This document shows, one piece after another, positions 48,032 to 59,017 of a stretch of 64,000 bases of DNA. Each line of letters opens with the position of its first letter. Positions within the stretch are counted from its first letter, which is position 1. The notes beneath the pieces are model-generated. The model did no database searches. It was not told the origin of the DNA and saw nothing but the letters and a program-made list of their open reading frames with translations. The position numbers and the translations under genes are program-made. Source of the DNA: Ostrea edulis (taxonomy: Eukaryota); contig NC_079168.1 in assembly GCF_947568905.1 (NCBI RefSeq), positions 12,276,001 through 12,340,000 on the forward strand, given 5' to 3'.

Positions 48032-51000
48032 TCAGTAGCAGTTTTCCAGCTCCGGGAACAGCTTGAACGCTTTTCTGTATAATTCCACTGCCTTCATGCA
48101 ATCGCCTTGCGCCTTTAATTAAAAGAGGGACATATTAATACATCAGGCATTTAAAAAGGAGTGAAGGAGAAAAAACTAATACTACATGTACTGACAATGG
48201 AATTTTGCAGCAATACAGGAATCGTATTTATCCATCTTGTTTATATCCAGCTGTCTGCCTTTGCAAATGAGGATCTGTTCAAGTCCGGGGTGTTCTTGGA
48301 CCTTGTCTGAACCATAGCTATTGTATAGTACACAAACTATACAGTGCACAACTGCACATAGCTAATTTTTCGTTCCCATATTATTTTCGCCCCTTTTACT
48401 ATCATCCTGATAGGGCAAATATAAAGCTGTGAGATTTTAGATTTACTTCTTTCTATCAAGTATAGTGATGGGCAGTTTTGGGCCAATGTAAAACAAAAAC
48501 ATTTAACAGGTCTATTCTATGGTATTAATCAGTTTTCACTGGTTTTCAGGGGCAGTAACTCTTCCATGCCCATAACCTCCTCCAATAACAAACTTGGATA
48601 TATTTGTATTGAGGGTCCCCTTTACTATGATTTCACCAAATATGAGGAGAATTCATGGACAAGTAATGTTTTTCATCCCACTGTCCTGCGTATCCTTAAG
48701 GGAGCTAATGCTACATACATGTAAAATGCATACATCTAACTGGCCCGGTCTACCTACAGTACACACTTACCTCCAGCCTCTCAGCTTCCTGTATCATTAA
48801 GACAGCTTTCTCTTGGTTTTCACCTAGTTTTTTTTCTTCAATCTTTTTGTACATTATATCAGTTCTCAGGATGTACTTTTTGCCAGACCTACAAATATTT
48901 CATTTTTATGCCTCGTTCACACGGATGCGCATTAAATTTTACTTCGCATTAAATTTGATGTGAAGTAAAATAATGTGCATTAAATTAATTCGAATTAAAT
49001 AGCGATCACACAGCGGTTATATTTAATGTGAAGTAAACTAATGCGCATTAAATTCGTATGCATCTCTAAATTAAAGGGTGCAAGAAATGAATTAAAGGAT
49101 ATAATATATTATTGAAAATTATTTCTATAGATATTTTAATGAATATTGGGTATAGATACAGAAAATATTGTTCAAAATATGTTTACAATATACATGTAAC
49201 TGATCTACACACAAGGAGTTTTGTTGTGTTTATTTTTATATATTCCCAAGAAACTAGTGTTATTTCCTCTGGCAACCAGCATTCATTCTAAACAATATAT
49301 TGCTTCTTCATGAGCCCAGTTTAAAAAACCTCGGAATATCTTTTTCATCTTTCCGCTGCCTATTATTGTGACGTAATTTTTAATTACTAATACGTATTAT
49401 AAGTCTACTATGACGACATATTGTATAAAAGAATTTAACTATGAGTGGCACATTTGTTAAAATGTAAAAAAAGAAAATCATAACACTATTTTAAAACGTT
49501 TTTATCGTATTTAAAAGCAATTCCTTCCATATGTATTACTCCGTATGCTGAGCACACATTTACGTCTGACATTATGCTGTTTGTACATTCTTTCTTTAGT
49601 GATTATTATCATTTTGATTAGTTTTTCGCACAAATCTAACATTAATATATATAGCTGACCCGTGACGGGTATGATGCATGTGACCCACATTTTCCATTAC
49701 ACATGCGTGTATATTTAATGCGAATTAGCTTCGCTTTGTGTTCACATGGAGCTAATGCAAAGTAAATCTATGCCTCGTTCACACGGATGCGTATTAAATT
49801 TTACTTTGCATCAAATTTGATGCGAAGTAAAATAATGCGCATTAAATTAATTCGAATTAAATAGCGTTCACACGGCGGTAATATTTAATGCGAAGTAAAC
49901 TAATGCGCATTAAATTCGTATGCATCTCTATTAAAGGGTGCGCAAAATATTAGAATAGACTATGTTATTGAAAATTATTTTTATAGATATTTTAATGAAT
50001 AGTGTGTAGATACAGAATTCTTTGTTCAAAACGCTATATAGGCCTACATGTAGTATACTACATGTTTACAATTTACATACATAACTGATCTACACATAAG
50101 GAGTTTTTTGTCGTGTTTATTTATATGTTCCCAAGAAATTACTTGTTATTTCCTCTGACAACCAGCATTCAATCTAGACAATATATTGTTTCTTCATGGG
50201 CCCAATTTTTAAAACTTCGGAACGTCTTTTTCACCATTCCGCTGACTACTGTTGTGACGTAATTTTTAATTACTAATACGTATTATAAGTCTACTATGAC
50301 GTCATATGGTATAAAAATATTAACAATGAGCGGCATATTTGTTTTAAAAAATGTAAAAAAGAAAATCATATTATCACTATTTTAAAACATTGTTGTCGTA
50401 TTTAAAAACAATTTCTTTCACATGTATTACTTAGTATGCATATGCAGAGCACAGATTTAGGCTACGTCTGACATTATCTAATGACATGTTGTTTGTACAT
50501 GTTTTTAGTGATTATTATCATTTTGCTTAGTTTTTCGTACAAAACTAACATTAATATATATAGCTGACCATGGGTATGATGCATGTGACCCAAATTTGCC
50601 ATTACGCATGCGTCTACATTTAATTCGAATTAGCTTCGCTTAGTGTTCACACGGAGCTAATGCAAAGTAAATTTAATTCGCATTAAATCGCGACGTCAAT
50701 TTTAATTCGAAGTAAACTAATGCGCATTAAAATCTCCGTGTGAACGTGGTTCAGATTTAATTCGCATTAACTTACGTTTAATGCGAATTAAATTCTTCGT
50801 GTGAACAAGGCACTAATTCGCATTAAATCGCGACGTAAATTTTAATTCGAAGTAAACTAATGCGCATTAACATCTCCGTGTGAATGTGGTTCAAATTTAA
50901 TTCGTATTAACTTATGTTTTATGCAAATCAAATTCTTCGTATGAATGAGGCATTACATTTCCAATGTACTAATTGTAATGATAGCCATTTCTTCATGAAT

Positions 51001-53982
51001 GTGATGCATGTGTGAACAATGCTCGTATGAATCTTGATATTAAATATAATACATGTATTTCAACGACTGGGAATTCGGCCAAAAATCAAACTAGAATGTA
51101 AGAAATAAATTTCATTTTTGAAAATACATGAGGGAATGAACAGCAGTGCTTCATGCTGGCCTACATTTCATGAAGTGCTAACATGCTGTGGAGCATCGCA
51201 GTTCATTCCCTAATGTATAGTTACAAAAAGGAAACTCTATTATTGACAAATTCTATCATACACTTCTCAGCAGTAACATTATGCAGATTACATGTTTTCA
51301 TCTTAATTGCGTATGGTACAGTTTACCATAATACAATTATGTTATATTGAACATCTCATCCAAAACGACATACATGTATATACAGCAAGAGGCCCACGGG
51401 CCACATTGCTCACCTGAGTCACATTGGCCCTTATTTGAAGATTTTCCATATATATTTGCATGTAAAACCTTTGTCCCGGCCTATTGTGGCCCAAACCCAC
51501 CCCTGGATGCCATAAGTTTTACAAACTTGAATCCGCACTATGTGAGGAAGCTTCATGTAAATGTCAACTTCTTTGACCCATTGTTCTTGAGAAGAAGATT
51601 TTAAAGATTTTCTCTATATATTTCTATTTAAAACTTTGATCCCCTATTGTGGCCCCAACCTATCCTCGGAGGCCATGATTTGAACAAACTTGAATCTGCA
51701 TGTCAGGAAGCTTTTATGTAAATCTCAGCTCTTCTAGCTCATTGGTTCTTGAGAAAAAGATTTTTAAAGATTTTTCCTATATATTTGTATATAAAACTTT
51801 GATCCCCTATTGTTGCCTCATCTTACCCCCGGTGGTCATGATTTTAACAAACTTGAATCTGCACTATGTCAGGAAGCTTTCATGTAAATTTCCACTTTCC
51901 TGGCCAAGTAGATTTTTAAAGATTTTCCCTATACATTTGTATGTAAAACTTTGATCCCCGATTGTGGCCTCATCCTACCCCCGTGATTTGAACAAAGAAG
52001 TAGGTACAGTTTCTAAAGTCATCTGGCCCAAAATATCGATGATTTCACTTGGAGCTCAAATCCTGGCATTCAAATAAGGAATAGATTAGCAAACCCAAAA
52101 TCTGCTCAGTTTGATCAGCACAATGATTTGTGTCATATGACGAGAGCTAGAAGTTACATAAAATTGCAAAAAATGCCATTTTCAATGAAAATATCTACAA
52201 ATTCAGGTGGTTTTCCTTTCAGAAAACATACAGCGCACGTGTCGAGCAAATTCATGTTTAAGTATGTTTTTCATCTTAAAATAATATACAATATATATCA
52301 TTTTCATTTTGCTCGACAAATGCGCACATCTTTTCCTGAGCAATAATCTGTAAGATATTTGACAGTTTTCAGACTTATTTTGAAAAAAGGGCGGGAAATG
52401 TGACTTATTCATGATGTCATAATGCTATCCAATTAGAAATATCATTCTGATTTTGTTGACATAGTATACCTGTCATATATTTTACTTTCTTAAAACGCTG
52501 ATTAAGGTTAATTCCAGACACATTTTATAGAGAGAAAATTTTTGGGCCTTTTTATGTATACAATCGTACCTTGTTCTTTGAATCTGCACTATGTCAAGAA
52601 GCTTTCATGTAAATTTCAGCTCTTCTGGCCCAGTGGTTCTTGAGAAGAAGATTTTTCCTATATATTTTTATGTAAAAATTTGATCCCCTATTGTGGCCCC
52701 ATCCAACCTCCAGGGGCCATGATTTTTAGCCGAGTTGCAACGAAGTTGAACTCGGCTATTGGTTTGGTGATGCGGGCGGGCGTCAACAATTGGTTTCCGG
52801 ATGATAACTCAAAAAGTTTACAATCTAATCAAATGAAACTTTGTGATATTGTTGGATACCAGGTAAGAAAGACTACTATTAATTTGGGAGAAAAATGGTC
52901 AATGGTCAAGGTCACAGTGACTGAAAATAGAAGGAAAATTTCAGTAAAATTTGGTTTCCGGATGATAACTCAGAAATTTTAAATCCGAATCAAATGATAC
53001 TAAAAGTTGTTGTTATGTACCAGGTAAGGAAGACCCCTATTGATTTTGGATAAAATAGGTCAAAGGTCAAGGTCACAGTGACCGAAAATAGAAGAAAAAT
53101 TTGGTTTCCGGATGATAACTCAGAAAATTTAAATCTGAATCAAATGATACTTAAAAATATTGTTATGTACCAGGTAAGGAAGATTCCTATTGATTTTGGA
53201 GAAAATAGGTCAAAGGTCAAGGTCACAGTGACCAAAAATAGATTTAAAATTCCAAAAAAATTTGGTTTCAGGAGGATAACTCAAATTTTTTTAATTTGAA
53301 TCAAATGAAACTTGGATATATTGTTGGATGCTAGCAAAGCAAGGCCCCTATTGATTTTGGAGAACAAAGGTCAAGGTCACAGTCCTGAAAAAAGATTGAA
53401 AACTTTAGACAAATATGGTTTCTGGACAGTAACTTGAAAAGTTTAAAACTGAATCAAATGAAACTTGGTTATATTGTTGGATAGCAGGTTAGGAAGACAC
53501 CCTATTGATTTTGGAGAAAAAAGGTCAAGGTCACAGTCCTGAAAAAGATTGAAAATTTTAGAAATATCTGGATCTGCATGATAACTCTATAAGTTTAAAT
53601 CCGAATATTCACAATTATAACTATGCCACATCATTCCTGACTTTAAAATGTATCCCATGCAACTCGGCTCATGCACCCCTGGGTGCATATATTGATTTTA
53701 ATAAACTTGAATCTGCACTATGTCAGGAAGCTTTCATGTAAATCTTAGCTTTTCTGGCCCAGTGGTTCTTGAGAAGATTTTTAAATAACCCCACCCTATT
53801 TTTACATTTTTGTGATTATCTCCCCTTTGAAGGGGGAATGGGCCATTTGTACAAACGTGAAATCCCTTCACTCAAGGATGCTTTTGGCCAAGTTTGGTTA
53901 TAACTGGCCCAGTGGTTCTGGAGAGGAAGTCGATGTAAAAAGTTTGCAGACAGACAGACGACGGACAACAGGCGATCAGAAG

Positions 53983-54018
<36 letters not shown>

Positions 54019-56145
54019 TGATATCTACACATGGCATACAAAGTTTTAGGCCTGTCCTTCATTTTATCTAATTCATTGAAATAGTGTTTATTTGCAAGGC
54101 ATGGCTATTTAGAGTTGTGAGATAAAGTTACAGGTCACAAATACAGTTGTATTAACTTACAAAAGTTGTCCCCCTTCATGAAGTCTTTCATGATTAATGT
54201 AAGTTGAACCTACAAGAGTTGTCCCCCTTCATGAAGTCTTTGATTGATTGTATACTGTTTAACGTCCCGTTCGAGAATATTTCACTCATATGGAGATGTC
54301 CCCATTGCCGGTGAAATTTATGCCTATGCTCGGCACTTACGGCCTTTGAGCAGGCAGGGATCTTTATCGTGTCTCACCTGCTGTGACATGGGGCCTCAGA
54401 TTTTGCAGTCTCATCTGAAGGACCGCCCCATTTAGTCACCTCTTACGACAAGCAAGGGGCACTAAGAACCAGCTATTCTAACCAAGATCCCCACGGGATT
54501 TAAGTCTTAACTTACAAAAGTTGTTCCCCTTTATGAAGTCTTTGATGATAAATGTAACTTACAAGAGTTGTTCCCCTTTATGAAGTCTTTGATTAATGTA
54601 ACTTACAAGAGTTGTTCTCCTTCATGAAGTCTTTGATGATTAATGTAACTTACAAGAGTTGTTCCCCTTCATGAAGTCTTTGATGATAAATGAAACTACA
54701 AGAGTTGTCCCCCTTCATGAAGTGTAACTTACAAGAGTTGTCCCCCTTCATGGAGTCTTTGATGATTAAACAAAATTGCCATCCCTGTCTCTGGTTGAAT
54801 TTTGCATAGTATGTTTTCTTTTTCTGCACAGTACTTTCCATTTTCATCCTGTAAATTCAAATATTCTTCTAATTAGTTAATATTTTTTCTAATTAGTTCA
54901 TAATCTTCTAATTAGTTCATACATATTCTTCTAATTAAATCTGAACAATAAAACTGAGTAGTTACATTCCCTCATTAGACCTGATCAAAAATTATCTCCC
55001 TTGTGCATGCTATCTGTACACTAGTTTACAACATGTGCACAATGATGAAGTTATTCAAATATTTACTTTGTGCAGTGTCTGTGCTTCATCAACAAAGTTG
55101 GTGCTCCCTCCATCAAAATCTCCGTTGAGGTATATCATGAAAGTTTTAAGAGATCGCTCCTGTGGACTTTTAGTGTAATAACCGTCAAAGTGTGGGGCAA
55201 AGTGTCCTCCTGCGTAGTACCTACACAGCCGGAATAACTGAAAGCAGTCAATCTGTGTCATGACATCACACTGATGAATTAGGAAAATTTGGCTAATTTT
55301 TCTTTCAAAATGTTGGTGTTTATTTTTTGGAGGATTTTTATTTCACACAATTAAGATTCCTATGAATGGAAAAATTGGCACATTTATTTTTATAGAATTC
55401 TTGTCATCTGCTAAAACAGCCAAAATTTCCCGATATATGGTACATGTACCTATAATCTTGACCGAGATTCGGCTCAGCTCAATATTAATTTGGACAGAAG
55501 CCTTTATCGTGTCGGTCCAAATATCCAGCCAAGCCGAATCTCAGCCGAGATTAATGGTACAGTATGCAAATTAATCATACATGCTTAATAGTTTACCTTA
55601 TTCAATCCTACAGGTTGCCATTTGCCCCAGAGTAAGTGTGGTACACCCTGAATGTGCAGATCTTTGAGAGAAGATTCTTCAGGAACATTAAATTCAGAAC
55701 TTAGGAAGGGCTGTATCCTCCTCCAAAGGATATCTGCTAAGTCATCGCTTTCTATCACTATCCTGCAAATACACAAATCATTTGTTATATATATAAGTGA
55801 AATATATGACCTAGACAATGTTAAAGCTAATATTTGTTGAATATTCTTTCTCTCTCTCTCGCACCTGTCACAACTACGGTAATCTCGTTTTACTCCTTTC
55901 ATTTCACCAAATCCGATCTTTTCGCCTTCCTCAATAATGAGTTGACATTCACTAGATGTCATTAACTTGTGCAGTAAAAATCCTTGATCGCTGAAGTCCA
56001 TTATTTCAGTTCTACAGACATTCCCGTCGCTGTATAAACCAGTATCCTCAGTTACTGATAATTTGTGTACTTTATCAAGGTCACTAGCAATTTCTCCATT
56101 AACATCTGCCCCTGCCTCTACACCTGGTATAAATTCTGAAGTCAT
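48032..56145 (-). CDS. Uncharacterised 2OG-Fe(II) oxygenase (prolyl-4-hydroxylase-like) with a C-terminal TPR-like hairpin, 310 aa, 6 exons
   Basis: Exons 56145-55865, 55762-55597, 55237-55067, 54848-54733, 48888-48771 and 48112-48032 total 933 nt. Motifs: RLCRY...HFAPHFDG (HxD), TFMIYLN...GGST, LFNHQRLHEG (distal His), GKKYILRTDIMY (2OG-binding Arg); C-terminus EAERLEAQGDCMKAVELYRKAFKLFPELE. Confidence 0.85.
48909..50952. mobile_element. PIF/Harbinger-like ~1-kb MITE with a second family copy (49771-50812) nested inside it
   Basis: TIRs TGCCTCGTTCACACG / CGT(G/A)TGAA(C/T)(A/G)AGGCA; outer TSD TTA, inner TSD CTA. Confidence 0.85.
51386..54018. mobile_element. Cg170-like satellite-bearing HINE carrying two nested insertions
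   Basis: Starts CAAGAGGCCCACGGGCC...GCTCACCTGAG, has ~166-bp units and ends GCTCAGGTGAGCTAAAAA. Inserts at ~52000-52575 and 52723-53696; the latter is an opposite-orientation HINE with TAGCCGAGTTGC / GCAACTCGGCT sub-TIRs, hairpin ATGCACCCCTGGGTGCAT and ~140-bp repeats. Confidence 0.8.
54155..54770 (-). repeat. ~47-bp array of the oxygenase exon-4 end plus donor, split by a SINE
   Basis: Unit TAATCATCAAAGACTTCATGAAGGGG(G/A)ACAACTCTT|GTAAGTTACAT; real junction at 54733/54732. Confidence 0.9.
54241..54499 (-). mobile_element. SINE copy inserted into the junction array
   Basis: High similarity to 27075-27346; TGATTGATTG tail. Confidence 0.8.
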
Positions 56146-56611
56146 TTTCTATATTGTATTTAGTCGACAGCAAACCTTCGATCAATGTAGTTAAAGTTTG
56201 TTTATTTCACAACACATGCTTCCGGTAACTGCCATGTATATTTTTAGATTTGACGTACTAGTTTAGATGTTTGACAAGTCGGTTTTCGGTTTATTCGTTA
56301 TATTTTTGCATTAGAGTGAGCTAAACAGTAGTTTGTGTAGAAAATTATAATGATGAAAAGATAAACAATGTCCGATACACCAACTGATTGAAAATGCTGG
56401 GTTGTTTTTTCTCTCTCCATGCATGCTGGTTTTATCTAGAGAAGAGAAAAAAAATCTTTGAAAATTTAGATTTTACAAAGTAGAAGATAAAAGAAGAGTA
56501 AAAGTCTTCATTAGGATTGGAACCCACCCTGACAAGCTAAAATTCTCCGTCATTATACCGACCTCTCTTTGGTAACTTTTTCCATTGGTCAATGCCGCAA
56601 ACAAACACTTG

Positions 56612-56646
<35 letters not shown>

Positions 56647-58063
56647 TCACCTTGGTCCATATCCGAAGACTTTCCATATATATTTGCATGTAAAACCGTA
56701 GTCCCTATTATGGCCCCAACCTACCCCTGTAGGCCATGTTTTTTTGCAAACTTGAATCTACACTATGTCAGAAAGCTTTCATGTAAATGTGAACTTCTTT
56801 GGCCCAGTGGTTCTCGAGAAGAAGATTTTTCCTATATATTTGTATGTAAAACTTTGACCCCCCCCCCCTTGTGGCCCCATCCTACCCCCAGGGGCCATGA
56901 TTTGAACAAACTTGAATCTGCACTATGTCAGAAAGCTTTCACGTAAATATCAGCTTTTCTGGCTCAGTGGTTCTTGAAAAGAAGATATTTTAAAAGATTT
57001 TCCCTATATATTTGTATGTAAAACTTTGATCCCCTATTGTGGTCCCATCCTACCCCAGGGGGCCATGATTTGAACAAACTTAACTCTGCACTATGTTAGG
57101 AAGCTTTCATGTAAATATCAGCTTTTCTAGCTCAGTGGTTCTTGGGAAGAAGATATTTAAAGATTTTCTCTATATATTTGTATGTAAAACTTTGATCCCC
57201 TATTGTGGCCCCGTCCGACCCCCGGGGGCCATCATATTAACAAACCTGAATCTGCACTTTATCAGGAAGCTTTCACTTAAATGTCAGCTTTTCTGGCTCA
57301 GTGGTTCTTGAGAAGAATATTTTTAAAGATTGTCCCTATATATTTGTATGTAAAACTTTGATCTCCTATTGTGGCCCCATCCGACCCCCGGGGGCCAGGA
57401 TTTTAACAATTTAGAATCTGCACTATATCAGGAAGCTTTCATATAAATATCAGCTTTTCTGGCTCTGTGGTTCTTGAGAAGAAGATTTTTAAAGATTTTT
57501 CCTATATATTTGTATGTAAAACTTTGATCCCCTATTGTGGCCCCATCCGACCCCCGGGCCAGGATTTTAACAATTTTGAATCTGCACTATATTAGGAAGC
57601 TTTCATATAAATCTCAGCTTTTCTGGCTCAGTGGTTCTTGAGAAGAAGATTTTTAAAGATTTTTCCTATATATTTGTATGTAAAACTTTGATCCCCTATT
57701 GTGGTCCCATCCAACCCTCGGGGGCCATGATTTTAACAATTTAGAATTTGCACTACCTAATAAAGATTATCTATAAATTTCATATTTTCTGGCCCAGTGG
57801 TTCTTGAGAAGATTTTTTAATGACCCTACTCTATTTTTACCTTTTCTTGATTATCTCCCTTTGGAAGGTGGCCTGGCCCTTTATTTTAACACTTTAGAAT
57901 TCCCTTTACCTAAGGATGCTTTGTGCCAACTTAGGTTGAAATTGGCTCAGTGGTTTTTGAGAAGAAGTCAAAAATGTTAAAAGTTTACAAACGGACGGAC
58001 GGACGCCGGAATACGGGTGATCGGAAAAGCTCACTTTAGCTTTTAGCTCAACTGAGCTAAAAA
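56612..58063. mobile_element. Intact HINE with ~7 Cg170-like ~166-bp satellite units
   Basis: AACAAGAGGCCCATGGGCC...GCTCACCTGAG start; unit AACTTTGATCCCCTATTGTGGCCCC...GAATCTGCACTA...GGAAGCTTTCA...GGTTCTTGAGAAGAAGATTTTT; ACGGACGGACGG microsatellite; GAGCTAAAAA end. Confidence 0.85.
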
Positions 58064-58069
58064 CGTGAA

Positions 58070-58490
58070 TCGGGTAGGGAGAAAATGCTCATACTGCTTT
58101 TACGCCTGAATCAGGCAGGGAGAAAATACTCAAACTGCTTAAAACGCCTGAATCAGGCAGGGAGAAAATGCTCAAACTGCTTAAAACGCTTGAATCAGGC
58201 AGGGAGAGATTGCTCAATCTGCTTAACGCTTGAATCATGCAGGGAGGGGTTGCTTAAAAACTGCTTATTTGAAACGCTTGAATCAGACGGGGAGGAATTG
58301 CTTAAAACGTTTGAATCAGGCGAGGAGAGATTGCTCAACCATCTTAAAAACTTGAATCAGACAGGGAGGGATTGCTCAAACAGCTTCAAACGCTGGATTC
58401 AGGCGAGGAGAGATTGCTCAAACGGCTTAAAACGCTTGATTCAGGCGAGAAGAGATTGCTCAAACAGCTTTTTAAAAACGCGTATTCAGT
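58070..58490. repeat. ~42-bp minisatellite (~10 units)
   Basis: TGAATCAGGCAGGGAGA(A/G)A(A/T)TGCTCAAACTGCTTAAAACGC repeated. Confidence 0.9.
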
Positions 58491-58633
58491 GGCGTAGCTT
58501 CCATTGAGACAACCGAGGCAGCTGCCTCGGTAAAAAAAACACCTTTTACGTTGTTAAAATGTCGATAGCTTCTGGGGGGCACAGCCCCCCAGACCCCCTG
58601 CCTCGGTAATATTCGAACCCAAGCTACGCCTAT
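58487..58633. mobile_element. Short MITE
   Basis: CAGTGGCGTAGCTT ... AAGCTACGCCTATG inverted ends. Confidence 0.6.
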
Positions 58634-59017
58634 GGTGTTAGAAAGGTATATCGTATCAGATCATATCGGATATCTAAACGTCACGAGCAAAGCAAAAATG
58701 TCTCTACGGAGCACGAAATTAACATAACGCAAAAAATTGAAGATATCATTAATCATTTGCAGCTATCGATAATTCAATTATTGCGCACACATCATCTGAA
58801 ATATTACTCACAATGATTGAATTAATGCGCGCATCAAATTGATTGTTGTTCTTATCAATTGAAACAATGCGCGCAATAATTTAGATTTAAAGATATCATC
58901 AATTATTGGAAGAGATATCTAATTTGCGATTAGACAACAAATGAACAAAACATGTATTCTGTTCTTTATATTCTTTATGCCATTTTTGTCTACAAAGATT
59001 TCATAACAACTTAAAAT

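Noticed and set aside
48190-48310. Open stretch after a CAG on the - strand in the last oxygenase intron
   Set aside because: Phase is incompatible with the flanking exons and no donor is present; exons 48888-48771 and 48112-48032 join cleanly without it.
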